A DNA stretch of 64,000 nucleotides from a bacterium (GTDB taxonomy: Bacteria > Zhuqueibacterota > Zhuqueibacteria > Zhuqueibacterales > Zhuqueibacteraceae), in the NCBI GenBank assembly GCA_044869275.1, contig JBIOXB010000241.1, forward strand, positions 9,482 through 73,481, written 5' to 3'. A program made the position numbers and the translations under genes. This document shows positions 45,995 to 56,205 of the stretch, piece after piece. Within the stretch, counting starts at the first letter, position 1. Every line of letters begins with the position of its first letter. The notes under the pieces were generated by a model, which ran no database searches, had not been told where the DNA came from, and was given only the letters and a program-made list of their open reading frames with translations.

Positions 45995-47017
45995 CTAGCG
46001 CTGGCGGCGGTATTTAGGATTTTCGAAGGAGAATCTCGCCGACACGCGGTGGGAATTGCCCAAATCGTCGTGGCTCAGGAAGGCATAATCAAACTGAAAT
46101 TTTTGCAGGATAATCCCAGCGCCGGCGGTGAAATTGCCTATGTCCGATCCCAACCGCAAGGCGACGACTTCGCGAAATTGATATTCCCAACCTAGATGCG
46201 AATCCACGCTCACCGGGCCGGAGGAAAACTGCGCGGCATAGTCACGGCCTTCGAAGCGAATGTCGAAATCCAGGGCGGGCGCCATGGATCCGCCCAGCCC
46301 CTTGATCTGCAAGGGATAGGCGACGCCTGCTTTCAAGGTCGGTATGATGATTTCGCGCGCGCCGGTGTTCCAAGCCAGGACGGTCGTGGTCAGATCCTGC
46401 AAATTCAATCCGATCTGCAAATCGCCGACCGGCTTGAACAGCGTTGCCAGATCAAAGCCCAACCCCCAGGCGGAGAAATCTCCGATGCTCTTGTGAATGA
46501 TTTTGACATTGGCGCCCCACGACCATCTTTCGCTTTTCTGCGAGGCATAACTCAAGAACAGGGCATATTCCGCGTCTGAGATCGTTCGCTCTTTATAAGG
46601 CTTGTTCGTCGCGTCCAACTTGAGCTCGGGATTGGTGAGCTTGGTGACAAAAATATCATCCACACCCAGACGAATCAAGCCAACGCCCAGGCTGCGATTT
46701 GCGCCCAGCGGCATGGCAAAACTGCCGTAGTTGTAGTTGACCACGCCCTCGAACTGTTCCGAATGCATGAGCATGATTTGTGGATATTCGAGCTGCGCCA
46801 ACCCGGCGGGATTCCAATAGCCGGCGGTGACATCGTTGGCGAGTGCGCTATAGGCGCTGCCCATGCCCAGTCCCCGGCCGCCCGCACCCAAAGTCAAAAA
46901 TTCACCGCCGTATTTGGCGGTACGGAAGCTGTCCCCGGCGAAACCGAGTGCGGCGATGAAAAGCTGGGAAAAAACCGAAAGCGAAAAAAGGCGTTTAAGC
47001 ATTGTTAGGTTACTCAA
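45995..47017 (-). CDS. PorV/PorQ-family outer membrane beta-barrel (T9SS-associated)
   Basis: EFLTLGAGGRGLGMGSA, YWNPAGL, FDYAF...LGNSHRVS. Confidence 0.85.
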   Translation of the reverse strand: MSNLTMLKRLFSLSVFSQLFIAALGFAGDSFRTAKYGGEFLTLGAGGRGLGMGSAYSALANDVTAGYWNPAGLAQLEYPQIMLMHSEQFEGVVNYNYGSFAMPLGANRSLGVGLIRLGVDDIFVTKLTNPELKLDATNKPYKERTISDAEYALFLSYASQKSERWSWGANVKIIHKSIGDFSAWGLGFDLATLFKPVGDLQIGLNLQDLTTTVLAWNTGAREIIIPTLKAGVAYPLQIKGLGGSMAPALDFDIRFEGRDYAAQFSSGPVSVDSHLGWEYQFREVVALRLGSDIGNFTAGAGIILQKFQFDYAFLSHDDLGNSHRVSARFSFENPKYRRQR

Positions 47018-47125
47018 GATTCTGGTCGTCTGAGCTGAGTTTGCTCGTTGGCAGAGCCTCTATTCCAATTACGGGTGCCGCTCTCAATTAAATGCAGGAC
47101 GAATTCATTCTGAAAAGAGCCAAAC

Positions 47126-49789
47126 TTATTGATTCAACTTACGATTCTTCAAAGGGTTTCCATTAGAGACTATATTTTGCAATTCCGCCAACTTCTGCAA
47201 AGCCTGTAAAGGCGTCATGCCATCCACTTCTAATGCCAACAGCTCCTCCCGCAAGCTGAACTCTTGTTCAGAAAATAAGTCAACCTGTCTGGCACTTGCA
47301 AGTGAATTATTCCCTTCCGGCAGATTGCCGCGTTCAATGGATTGTTGCTCCAGTTTCGTCAAAACTTGTTTGGCACGCTGAATGACTGCCGACGGCATGC
47401 CAGCCAGTTGGGCAACTTGGATGCCATAGCTGTGATCGCAACCACCTTCGACGATGCGGCGCAGAAAGACCACTTGATCACCCCATTCTTTCACCAAGAC
47501 ATTGTAGTTCTTCACGCGCGCGTGGCGATTGGCCAATTCGGTCAGTTCATGGTAGTGCGTCGCGAACAAGGTGCGCGCGGCGATTTTGGGATTATCGTGC
47601 ATGTATTCGATTACCGCCCATGCAATCGACAAGCCGTCATAAGTGCTCGTGCCGCGCCCGATTTCATCCAATAACACCAAGCTGCGAGGCGTGGCATTGT
47701 TGAGAATGTTTGCGGTTTCGTTCATTTCAACCAAGAAAGTGCTTTCCCCGCCGGCAAGATTGTCCGAAGCGCCGACGCGCGTGAAGATTTTATCCACGAC
47801 TCCGATGCGCGCTTCCGCTGCCGGCACAAATGAGCCGAGTTGTGCCATCAAAACGATCAACGCCACTTGACGTAAATAAGTCGATTTGCCCGCCATGTTC
47901 GGCCCGGTAATTAGCAGAATCTGATGGCCTTGATCATCGAGATAAGTGTCATTCGGCACGAACGTTTCGCCAAAGGGCAGCAGTTTTTCCACGACCGGAT
48001 GCCGGCCCTGCTTGATCTCCAAAATCGCGGAATCATCCATGCTCGGGCGGACATACTTTTGCGCCTGCGCCAGCTCCGCCAAAGCAAGCAAGCAATCAAT
48101 CATGGCCAGGGCCCGGGCATTTTTTTGCAGAGCCGCGGCTTGCGCCGCGACCTTTTGCCGCAAGGCCTCAAAGAGCTGATATTCGAGCGTGACCATCTTT
48201 TCTTCGGCTTGCAGCACTTGCTCTTCATATTCTTTCAATTCCGGCGTAATGTAGCGCTCGGCATTTGACAAGGTCTGCTTGCGAATGTACGATTCCGGCA
48301 CTTTGGCCAGATTGGGATTCGTCACTTCGATATAATAGCCGAAGACTTTATTGTATCCCACCTTCAAAGAGCTGATGCCGCTGCGCTCACGCTCGGTAGC
48401 TTGCAGTTTCGCAATCCAATCCTTGCCATGCGCGGTCAAATGGCGCAATTGATCCAGCTCGCTCGAGTAGCCCGGCCGGAAAATATTGCCTTCCGTGATC
48501 GACAAGGGCGGATCCTCGACCAGCGCGCGGCGCAATTCCAGCGTCAATTCCGGCAGCGGCTCGAGCCGGGCGGTGTTTTCCCGCAACACGCGGCTTTCGA
48601 ATTCCTGCAGCAGGCCTTTAATCACTGGAAGTTGTTCTTGCGTGGCGCGCACCGCGCATAATTCCCGCGCGTTGGCGCGCGCCGTGCTGACTTTTGAGAT
48701 CAATCTTTCCAGATCGCCGAGACCGCGCAGCATGTCGGCGAGTTGATCGCGCACGCGACTCTTGCCGATAAACTCTTCCACCGCATCGTGGCGCTCGCGA
48801 ATCGGATCGATCTGGCACAGCGGGTGTAAAATCCATTGCAAGAGCATGCGGCCGCCCATGGCGGTGCGCGTGCGATCCAGCACGCTGAGCAAAGTGGCGT
48901 GCTGGCTGTCTCCCCGCAGCCCACGAATCAACTCCAAATTTCGCCGGGTCGAAGGGTCGAGCGCGACAAACTCCTGCGCGTGCCGCCGCGCCATGGTGGT
49001 GAGGTGCTGCAACCGGCCTTTTTGCGTTTCGGCCACATAAGCTAACGCCGCACCGGCGGCGCTTATTCCACAAGTCAAATCATCACAGCCAAATCCTTTG
49101 AGCGTGAGCGTGCGAAAGTGACGGGTGAGCGTCGCATATGCATGATCGTACGCAAATAACCAGCCCTCGCGTGTGGTCACCAGGGCACCGGGCGAATGGC
49201 GCAATTGCTGCTGCAGCCAATCCGCATATTCGGCCGCAATTAGAATTTCCGAAGGCTCGATGTCTTGCAGAACCTCCGGCAAGCATTCCACGGAAAATTC
49301 ATCGGCCAGAAACTCGCCGGTCGAAAAATCGAGCTGCGCCATGCCCACCAGCTTCTTATGAGGGTAGAGCGACAACAAAAAATTATTGCGGCGGCTGGTC
49401 AACAAACCATCGGCCAGCGTGGTGCCGGGTGTGACAATTTCCGTGACTTCGCGCTTGACGATGATTTTTGCCAGTTTCGGGTCTTCGGTCTGCTCGCAAA
49501 TGGCGACGCGATGCCCGGCGCGGACCATTTTAGTGAGATACGTTTCAAGCGCGTGATGCGGAAACCCGGCCAGCGGCACTTCCGCCGCTTTCCCGTGCGC
49601 ACGCGCCGTGAGCGTCAATCCCAGCACGGCACTGGCGGTTTTGGCGTCGTCATAGAACATCTCATAAAAATCGCCCATGCGGAAAAACAAGATGGCGTCC
49701 TGGTGTTGCGCCTTGATCGCCAAGTATTGCCGCATCAGCGGTGTGCTGGCATCATCTTTGGCATCGCCGTTTTCATGCGGAGATTTCAT
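47126..49789 (-). CDS. mutS: DNA mismatch repair protein MutS
   Basis: TPLMRQY, GDFYEMF, TGPNMAGKST, STFLVEM, DEIGRG, SYGIQVA. Confidence 0.98.
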   Translation of the reverse strand: MKSPHENGDAKDDASTPLMRQYLAIKAQHQDAILFFRMGDFYEMFYDDAKTASAVLGLTLTARAHGKAAEVPLAGFPHHALETYLTKMVRAGHRVAICEQTEDPKLAKIIVKREVTEIVTPGTTLADGLLTSRRNNFLLSLYPHKKLVGMAQLDFSTGEFLADEFSVECLPEVLQDIEPSEILIAAEYADWLQQQLRHSPGALVTTREGWLFAYDHAYATLTRHFRTLTLKGFGCDDLTCGISAAGAALAYVAETQKGRLQHLTTMARRHAQEFVALDPSTRRNLELIRGLRGDSQHATLLSVLDRTRTAMGGRMLLQWILHPLCQIDPIRERHDAVEEFIGKSRVRDQLADMLRGLGDLERLISKVSTARANARELCAVRATQEQLPVIKGLLQEFESRVLRENTARLEPLPELTLELRRALVEDPPLSITEGNIFRPGYSSELDQLRHLTAHGKDWIAKLQATERERSGISSLKVGYNKVFGYYIEVTNPNLAKVPESYIRKQTLSNAERYITPELKEYEEQVLQAEEKMVTLEYQLFEALRQKVAAQAAALQKNARALAMIDCLLALAELAQAQKYVRPSMDDSAILEIKQGRHPVVEKLLPFGETFVPNDTYLDDQGHQILLITGPNMAGKSTYLRQVALIVLMAQLGSFVPAAEARIGVVDKIFTRVGASDNLAGGESTFLVEMNETANILNNATPRSLVLLDEIGRGTSTYDGLSIAWAVIEYMHDNPKIAARTLFATHYHELTELANRHARVKNYNVLVKEWGDQVVFLRRIVEGGCDHSYGIQVAQLAGMPSAVIQRAKQVLTKLEQQSIERGNLPEGNNSLASARQVDLFSEQEFSLREELLALEVDGMTPLQALQKLAELQNIVSNGNPLKNRKLNQ

Positions 49790-49876
49790 GAAGTATTGCC
49801 GATCAAAATGACAAGAGCAGAGCACGGTGCGACAATTTAACACGTGGGCGCAAAAAAGCAAGGGCGGCGAACGAAG

Positions 49877-50752
49877 TCATTTTCTCACATCCTCTCCCCA
49901 ATGCAATTTCGCGCGCAGCAGGTCGTAAAACCCGGCAGAGTGCGGTCCGATTTTGCGCACGAGCTTGATGCTATAATCCGCTTTGCGGATTTCCACGGGC
50001 GTGCCAGGCGCGATTTTGCGAATATTTTGCCCGTCCGCGGAAAGACTGATCTGGATTTCGCCGCCGCTCAATTCCACACGCACGATTTTCTCGTCGGGAA
50101 TGACCACCGGCCGTGCGCTCAGGGAATGCGGGCACACCGGGGTGATGACCAGCGCGTTCATTTCCGGCGACAAAATGGGTCCGCCAGCAGAAAGCGAATA
50201 GGCGGTCGAGCCCGTGGGCGTCGCGATGATCAGCCCGTCAGCAATATAAGTGCTCAGATACTCATTGTCGATGTGAGTCTTCAGGCGTACAATGCGATAA
50301 TGCCCGCCGCGGTCGATGACAAAATCGTTCATGGCATACAGGGTCGCGGGCGCCGCCTCGCACAGCACGCGCGCCTGCAGCACCATGCGCTTCTGGATGG
50401 CATAATTCCCCGCCAGGATGCCCTCCAGTGCGGGATAGAATTCCTCCGGCCCTATTTCTACTAAAAAGCCCAAGCCCCCGAATTTCACCCCTAAAATCGG
50501 CACGGCTTCGCGGCCAATCAGGTGCGCGGTCGAGAGAATCGTGCCGTCGCCGCCGAGCGAGATCACCATATCGCAGCCGCGAAACACCTGCGGGTATGGC
50601 GCGATGGTTAGGCCTGCAGCCGGCAAATTCAAAAACTGCGCGAGATCTTCGGCCACCACCACCTCCGCCCGGCGGGACAGCCAGTTCAGCCAGGGTGGCA
50701 CGATTTCTTTTATGGCCGTGTGGCGCAGATTGGCAAGAATGGCAAAGCGCAT
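49877..50752 (-). CDS. nadK: NAD kinase
   Basis: GGDGT, GFL, DGLIIATPTGSTAYSLSAGG. Confidence 0.96.
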   Translation of the reverse strand: MRFAILANLRHTAIKEIVPPWLNWLSRRAEVVVAEDLAQFLNLPAAGLTIAPYPQVFRGCDMVISLGGDGTILSTAHLIGREAVPILGVKFGGLGFLVEIGPEEFYPALEGILAGNYAIQKRMVLQARVLCEAAPATLYAMNDFVIDRGGHYRIVRLKTHIDNEYLSTYIADGLIIATPTGSTAYSLSAGGPILSPEMNALVITPVCPHSLSARPVVIPDEKIVRVELSGGEIQISLSADGQNIRKIAPGTPVEIRKADYSIKLVRKIGPHSAGFYDLLRAKLHWGEDVRK

Positions 50753-50771
50753 AGTCCGGTTCGAGGTGAAA

Positions 50772-51035
50772 TTATTCTTCTTCCCTTGCTTCGATCAATT
50801 CCAACTGGAAGCCGCGCTCGGTTTTGACCAAGCGCTCGATCTTTTTTTCCACTTCCTGCAAACGTTGCGAGCAGCGGCGGTAAAGCTCCATGCCTTCCTC
50901 GAAAATTTTGACCGCCTCGTCGAGCGCGATCTCACCCTGCTCGAGCTGTGCGACAATGTCATCGAGACGTTGCATCGCCGCTTCAAAGGCAAAAGCGCCC
51001 TCGGGAGCAACGGAAGTTTTAGCAGGCTTTTTCAT
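50772..51035 (-). CDS. xseB: Exodeoxyribonuclease VII small subunit
   Basis: FEAAMQRLDDIVAQLE.GEIALDEA...FEEG. Confidence 0.95.
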   Translation of the reverse strand: MKKPAKTSVAPEGAFAFEAAMQRLDDIVAQLEQGEIALDEAVKIFEEGMELYRRCSQRLQEVEKKIERLVKTERGFQLELIEAREEE

Positions 51036-52318
51036 CGCGGACCCCTCCCCTTTATTTTTTCCTTGATTTGCGCGCGCGCGGCATCGCGCGCGAACTGAAT
51101 GCGGACCATTTCTTCTTCTTGGATATTGCCGGCGTCCCGCATGAGCTTCTGATCGCGCTCACGCCACACCAGCGCAAAGCCGCGGCGCAGCACATTTTCA
51201 TGGCTGAGCGCCTGCAAGCGATGGTAAACTCCGTTCAAGCCATTTTGCTGTTGCCGCAAGATCTGGCGCGTGGCTTGCAGGAGGCGGCGCTGCTGCTCAT
51301 CGAGCTCCTGGCGGCGTTGGCGCAGCACGTCTGCCGGCCGATGCATGCCGTAACTGCTTTGAAATCGCGACAAGCGCTCGCGCCAAGCCTGCAAATTCCT
51401 TTGCCAATGCAGGAGTGCGCGCTGCATGAGATGCCGCAAGCCGCGCCGTATTTCATCCGCATCGGGCACGGCTATCTCCGCGGCGGCGGAGGGTGTGGCA
51501 GCGCGCACGTCGGCAACAAAATCGCTGATGCTGAAATCAATCTCATGGCCAACGGCGGAGATGACCGGCAAAGCGCTGGCGTAAATCGCGCGTGCGACAA
51601 TTTCTTCGTTGAACGGCCACAAATCTTCGAGCGAGCCTCCGCCCCGGCCCACAATCAACAATTCGACCTGCCCATATTCATTGAACTCCGCAATCGCTTG
51701 CGCGATTTCTTCGGCAGCACCGTGGCCTTGTACGCGCACCGGCCGCAGAATGATTTTGATGCCCGGCCAGCGCCGGCGCAAAACGCTGATCAAGTCGTGA
51801 AGCGCCGCGCCGGTGGGCGAGGTGACCAGCCCCACGCCTTGCGGAAATCTCGGCAAAGAGATCTTGTGGGCGGCGTCGAACAATCCCTCTTGCGCCAGTC
51901 TTATTTTGAGCTGTTCGAAAGCTGCCTGCAACGCGCCCAGCCCTGCAGGCTGCATTTGCCAGGCTTCGAGCTGGTAATAGCCGCGTTTTTCATAAACCGT
52001 GATTTGGCCGTGGACCAGCACTTGCATGCCGTCGCGGGGCACAAAATACAGCCCGCGGTTGCGGCCGGCCCACATCACGACGGGAATCTGCGCGCCCTCA
52101 TCCTTCAAGGAAAAATAAAAATGGCCGGAGTCGTGGCGTTTGAAATTGGAGATTTCACCACTCACCCAGAGCGGCGGCAATTCGTTTTCCAGCAAAGATT
52201 TGATGCACCGCGTGAGCTCCGAGATGGTGAAAACCTCGCGTGTGGCCGCGGGAGAAATTGTGGAGGAAGATTTTTTCACAGGGCGAAGATTTTTTATGCG
52301 GATCGAGGTGGCGCTCAT
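51032..52318 (-). CDS. xseA: Exodeoxyribonuclease VII large subunit
   Basis: GEISN, SGHFYFSLKD, TSPTGAA, RGGGSLEDL, GHEID, TPSAAAE; start uncertain. Confidence 0.96.
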   Translation of the reverse strand: MSATSIRIKNLRPVKKSSSTISPAATREVFTISELTRCIKSLLENELPPLWVSGEISNFKRHDSGHFYFSLKDEGAQIPVVMWAGRNRGLYFVPRDGMQVLVHGQITVYEKRGYYQLEAWQMQPAGLGALQAAFEQLKIRLAQEGLFDAAHKISLPRFPQGVGLVTSPTGAALHDLISVLRRRWPGIKIILRPVRVQGHGAAEEIAQAIAEFNEYGQVELLIVGRGGGSLEDLWPFNEEIVARAIYASALPVISAVGHEIDFSISDFVADVRAATPSAAAEIAVPDADEIRRGLRHLMQRALLHWQRNLQAWRERLSRFQSSYGMHRPADVLRQRRQELDEQQRRLLQATRQILRQQQNGLNGVYHRLQALSHENVLRRGFALVWRERDQKLMRDAGNIQEEEMVRIQFARDAARAQIKEKIKGRGPR

Positions 52319-52386
52319 GCCGCCGGATGTCTGCTTAACACTTGGAGCTCCCCTCAAAAAACTCATTCGGTATGCCGAGCGAGATT

Positions 52387-54612
52387 TCAAATCAAATACG
52401 GTGAAGCCGAACCCCTCTCCTGTTCTTCAGGCGTCTCCACTTGATTTTTTTCCTGCGCCGGCTGCGGATTGATGGGAAGATCGACAATGAATCTCGTGCC
52501 CTTTCCGACCTCCGACTGCACGGTAATTTCCCCGCCGTGTTCGTTGACGATGTGCCGGCATATCGCCAGGCCCAAGCCGGTGCCGTGCAGCTTGGTCGTA
52601 AAGAAAGGCGTGAAGATATTGTCCATGAGCTCGGGTTTAATGCCGCTGCCGGTGTCACGCACGACCAGACGGTGCTTGAGCGGCGACAAGCGGATCGTGC
52701 TCACTTCCAGCTCGCCGCCATTGGTCATGGCTTGAATGCCGTTGCGCATCAAATTCAACAGCAGTTGATTCATCTGTACGGGATCGAGCAGCATGTTCGG
52801 CAATGCGAGATCGAGGTTCTTTTTGATCGTGACGTGGCTGGCTTGCGCTTCGCCCTGCAGCAGGGTGCAAACATCTTCCACACTGCGATTGAGTTCCACG
52901 CTTTGCCGTGAGGACGAAGGCAAGCGCGTGAAATCCAGGACGTCGGCCAGTATTCTTTCCAGGCGAAGCACTTCGCTGGCAATAATCGCAGTGGTGGCCC
53001 TGAGCTCTTCCCCGTCTTGCGTTTGGCGGGTGAGCGTGCGCGCGAACCCGCCGATGGTCACCAGGGGATTGCGGATTTCATGCGCGACGTGCGCGGCCAT
53101 TTTTCCGATCGCCGCCAAGCGTTCGGCATGCACCAGGCGTTTGTGCGTCGCCTGCAATTCTTCGTAGGCGCGCTCGAGCTTGCGCTTTTCCAGCGCCAGG
53201 CGGCGATAAGTTTCCGCCTTCTCGATGGCCTGCGCCGCCTGGCTGGCGAACAGTTCCAGCAAGGAAATATGATCGGCATCGATGGGCAATTTGCTGAAGA
53301 AATTATCGGCGAGGATGAACCCCATCAAAAAATCCTTCGCCACCAAGGGCACTGCGACAAAATCGGAGAGCCGCAGCGCGGAAAAAATCTGCTGGCAGGC
53401 GGAGGATTCAGGTTTGCCCAGCGGGCCGCGATAAGTATGGCGCTGCAAGATTTGTTTGAGAAAATCCGAGCCCTTTGCATCCACGGGAATGGCCTGCTGC
53501 CGCACCAGGGCATCGAGGGGCGTGGCGGTTTTGGGCCGGTGTTTGCCGTACTTTTCCAGAAAATCTTCGAGCGAGATGTGCTCTCTGGCCAAATCTTCCC
53601 ACACGCGATGCGCTTCTTCCTCATTCGCCGGGCCGACGCCCATTTTACCCAGCAAATTCTGGCGGGTGCGATCCATCAAGAAGATCATCGCACGCGTGTA
53701 GCCGAAGGCCGGGCCCGCGGTGATCGCGGTCAAAATCAAATGCAGTAAATCATCCAGGTCGATCACGCTCTGCAGCGCCAGGCCGATGGTGGAGAGCATT
53801 TGCAGTTGCTCGTCGCGCTTTTGCGTTTCGGTGACGTCTTCCACCACCCCGACGACGCCGTCCAATTCACCCGAAGCTTTTTGCAGGGGCACGCTGTGCA
53901 CGTTCAGAACGCGATGGCGCTCCCCGTTCTTGGTAAAGTGAAAATGGCGAATCCGCCACGAGGTCTGGCCGGTGAGCACGCGTGCTACGGCGGTGCGCAG
54001 AAACGTATCGCGCAACAGGGGCGCGTCAAAAACGCTCTGGTTCACCAGTGCTTGTTCTTCGCCACCGAGCAAACGCGATAACACGCGATTGGCCTGCCGC
54101 AGGCGGCCTTCGGGATCCGTGGAAAAAATGCCGATGGGCGCGGTGCGCATCAGCAGTTCGAGGTAATCGCGCGTGGTCTGCACTTCCTGCGCCAGCTGGC
54201 GGTTGCGGCGTTGAATATCGGAAATGATGAAGACATTTTCGATGACGTTGGTCAACTCGCGCAGGCCGAAGGGCTTCTGCAGATACGCGCTCACGCCCTG
54301 CTCGAGCAGCGCCGTTTTGGTGTTGTCATCGTCGTGCTTGGCCGTGAGCATGATGACGGGCGTGTCGCACACTTCGCGATAGAGCGGATTCTGCTTGAGC
54401 TCCGCAAAAACTTCCGCGCCATTCATGTTGGGCATGACGTAATCCAACAGCACCAGATCGGGGCGATGCGCCAGCACCGCTTTTAGGCCTTCGGCGCCAT
54501 CATGAGCGGAGAGCAATTTATAGCCGGAAGGTTCCAGGTGGGCGCGCACGAGATCATGCATTCTGACGGTATCGTCGATGAGCAGGACTTTGTAGTGGCG
54601 AGGGGAAGACAT
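52387..54612 (-). CDS. Hybrid sensor histidine kinase (REC-PAS-GAF-HisKA-HATPase)
   Basis: N-terminal REC (LLDYVMP), PAS, GAF, AHEIRNPL, NLMRNG, DTGSGI, FFTTK, GTGLGL. Confidence 0.93.
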   Translation of the reverse strand: MSSPRHYKVLLIDDTVRMHDLVRAHLEPSGYKLLSAHDGAEGLKAVLAHRPDLVLLDYVMPNMNGAEVFAELKQNPLYREVCDTPVIMLTAKHDDDNTKTALLEQGVSAYLQKPFGLRELTNVIENVFIISDIQRRNRQLAQEVQTTRDYLELLMRTAPIGIFSTDPEGRLRQANRVLSRLLGGEEQALVNQSVFDAPLLRDTFLRTAVARVLTGQTSWRIRHFHFTKNGERHRVLNVHSVPLQKASGELDGVVGVVEDVTETQKRDEQLQMLSTIGLALQSVIDLDDLLHLILTAITAGPAFGYTRAMIFLMDRTRQNLLGKMGVGPANEEEAHRVWEDLAREHISLEDFLEKYGKHRPKTATPLDALVRQQAIPVDAKGSDFLKQILQRHTYRGPLGKPESSACQQIFSALRLSDFVAVPLVAKDFLMGFILADNFFSKLPIDADHISLLELFASQAAQAIEKAETYRRLALEKRKLERAYEELQATHKRLVHAERLAAIGKMAAHVAHEIRNPLVTIGGFARTLTRQTQDGEELRATTAIIASEVLRLERILADVLDFTRLPSSSRQSVELNRSVEDVCTLLQGEAQASHVTIKKNLDLALPNMLLDPVQMNQLLLNLMRNGIQAMTNGGELEVSTIRLSPLKHRLVVRDTGSGIKPELMDNIFTPFFTTKLHGTGLGLAICRHIVNEHGGEITVQSEVGKGTRFIVDLPINPQPAQEKNQVETPEEQERGSASPYLI

Positions 54613-54647
54613 GTCCTAAACCAGCGGAATCGGGCGAAACTAAAACA

Positions 54648-54700
54648 CGGGCGCTTTGTCGCGTCAGGAGAATCTCCGCCATGACTGCGACAAAACGCCC
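54648..54700. terminator. Long stem-loop downstream of the bS22-like gene
   Basis: GGGCG.TTTGTCGC.GTCA ... TGAC.GCGACAAA.CGCCC inverted arms. Confidence 0.5.
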
Positions 54701-54705
54701 ATTGC

Positions 54706-54801
54706 TTATCTGAGTTTTTTCTTGTGACGATTTTTTCTCAAGCGTTTCTTGCGCTTGTGCGTAGCCATCTTATGCCGTTTGCGTTTTTTACCGCTGGGCA
54801 A
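54706..54801 (-). CDS. Small basic ribosomal protein bS22 (AURKAIP1/COX24 domain), 31 aa, absent from the ORF track
   Basis: TTG start after a GGAGGTG RBS; MPSGKKRKRHKMATHKRKKRLRKNRHKKKLR. Confidence 0.88.
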   Translation of the reverse strand: MPSGKKRKRHKMATHKRKKRLRKNRHKKKLR

Positions 54802-54965
54802 AGTGTATCACCTCCTTCACGGCTTGATTTTTTTGATGTGTTCGAGAGACATTTGAGGTGGCCGGGCCGCAGGCATGCTTTCCACTCTGAGCACCGCGCC
54901 ACCATCTTCCACCGCTCCCCGGAGGGGAGGCGCAAGAGTACGCCAGAACAAAAACGGCGCACACG

Positions 54966-55205
54966 CTAGTGTCCGCCACAGGAACAACTGCCACAGCCGC
55001 AAGCTTGACCTGCGGTGGCGGAAAAATCAGAGGGCGCCGCGGCACTTTGGCTCGAACCGTTTCCGGTGGCGGCGAATAGTGAGAGCAAGCGATTGACTTC
55101 CTCGGCACCGCAATGCGGGCAGCGCGCCTGCCAGGATTCGCCCGCACGCAGCAATTCCTCGAATTTCGTGTCGCACTGCTTGCACAAATACTCGTAAACC
55201 GGCAT
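54966..55205 (-). CDS. FmdB-family zinc ribbon protein
   Basis: MPVYEYLCKQC...CPHCG, Cys/Gly tail. Confidence 0.9.
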   Translation of the reverse strand: MPVYEYLCKQCDTKFEELLRAGESWQARCPHCGAEEVNRLLSLFAATGNGSSQSAAAPSDFSATAGQACGCGSCSCGGH

Positions 55206-55212
55206 GATCACC

Positions 55213-56103
55213 TCACCAAATCATTTGATAGCGCAGCACGGGAAGCGTTTGCATCCGCGTCCAGTATCCTTCCACGTCGCCGAACAGCAAATCCAGCAGC
55301 GTGAGTTTGCGCTTGTGCGGGGTCACCACCCTCGGGCGGCCCTCAAGGCCGGCCACTTTGCCCGCCAGCGCCACGGCATCTTGATACGTGCCCAGCAAAT
55401 CGATGAGCTTGTTTTCCAGCGCCTGCTGTCCGGTGAAAACCCGGCCGTCAGCGTATTTCATGACCTCGCTTTTTTCCAGGCCGCGTTCCCGGGAAACCAC
55501 GCCGACAAATTGATCGTAAGCGTCATCGACATAACTTTGAAAGTAGCGGCGATCCTCCTCGGTCATCGGCCGCCACGGCGAGCCGCTGTCCTTGAATTTG
55601 CCGCTTTTGATGATTTCGAACTTGATGCCGATCTTCTGCAAGAGTTCGGTGGTATTGAGCAGCTCCGCAATCACGCCGATGCTGCCGGTGGTCGTTCCGG
55701 CATTGGCCATGATCGTATCCGCACCGCAGGCCACGTAATACCCGCCCGACGCCGCCACGGAGGCCATCGAAGCAATGACGAACTTGCCCTCGTCGCGCAC
55801 TTTTTTGATGGCCTCGTAAATTTCCTGACTGGCGGCCACGCCGCCGCCGGGACTATCGATGCGCACGATCAGCGCCGCCGCATTGCCGTCTGTGCCAAAG
55901 CGCTCGATTTCCTTGACGACCGTTTCGGATTCTAAAATCACGCCTTCGACTTTGACCAGGCCGAGGTGCCGCCCGGCGGACAATTCAAAGCCTTCATTGG
56001 CGGAACCGAAAAACAGCGAAGCGATGAAGAAAAGAAAGATGCCAAGCGCAGCCAGCAACAATGCTCCCAAAAACCAATCTCGCCCGCGAGCCATTTTTTC
56101 CAT
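55213..56103 (-). CDS. sppA: Signal peptide peptidase SppA (36K type)
   Basis: RIDSPGG, AASGGYY, TTGSIGV, KSGKFKD, ADGRVFTG. Confidence 0.94.
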   Translation of the reverse strand: MEKMARGRDWFLGALLLAALGIFLFFIASLFFGSANEGFELSAGRHLGLVKVEGVILESETVVKEIERFGTDGNAAALIVRIDSPGGGVAASQEIYEAIKKVRDEGKFVIASMASVAASGGYYVACGADTIMANAGTTTGSIGVIAELLNTTELLQKIGIKFEIIKSGKFKDSGSPWRPMTEEDRRYFQSYVDDAYDQFVGVVSRERGLEKSEVMKYADGRVFTGQQALENKLIDLLGTYQDAVALAGKVAGLEGRPRVVTPHKRKLTLLDLLFGDVEGYWTRMQTLPVLRYQMIW

Positions 56104-56205
56104 CCCGAAGAGTATTGTTTTTCGTAGCGTGCGAATGCCAGGAGAGCTGCTTCAAATTGAATTCGCCAAAGAGTATATAGAATAAAAGCGTAAAAGTCAA
56201 CCGCG

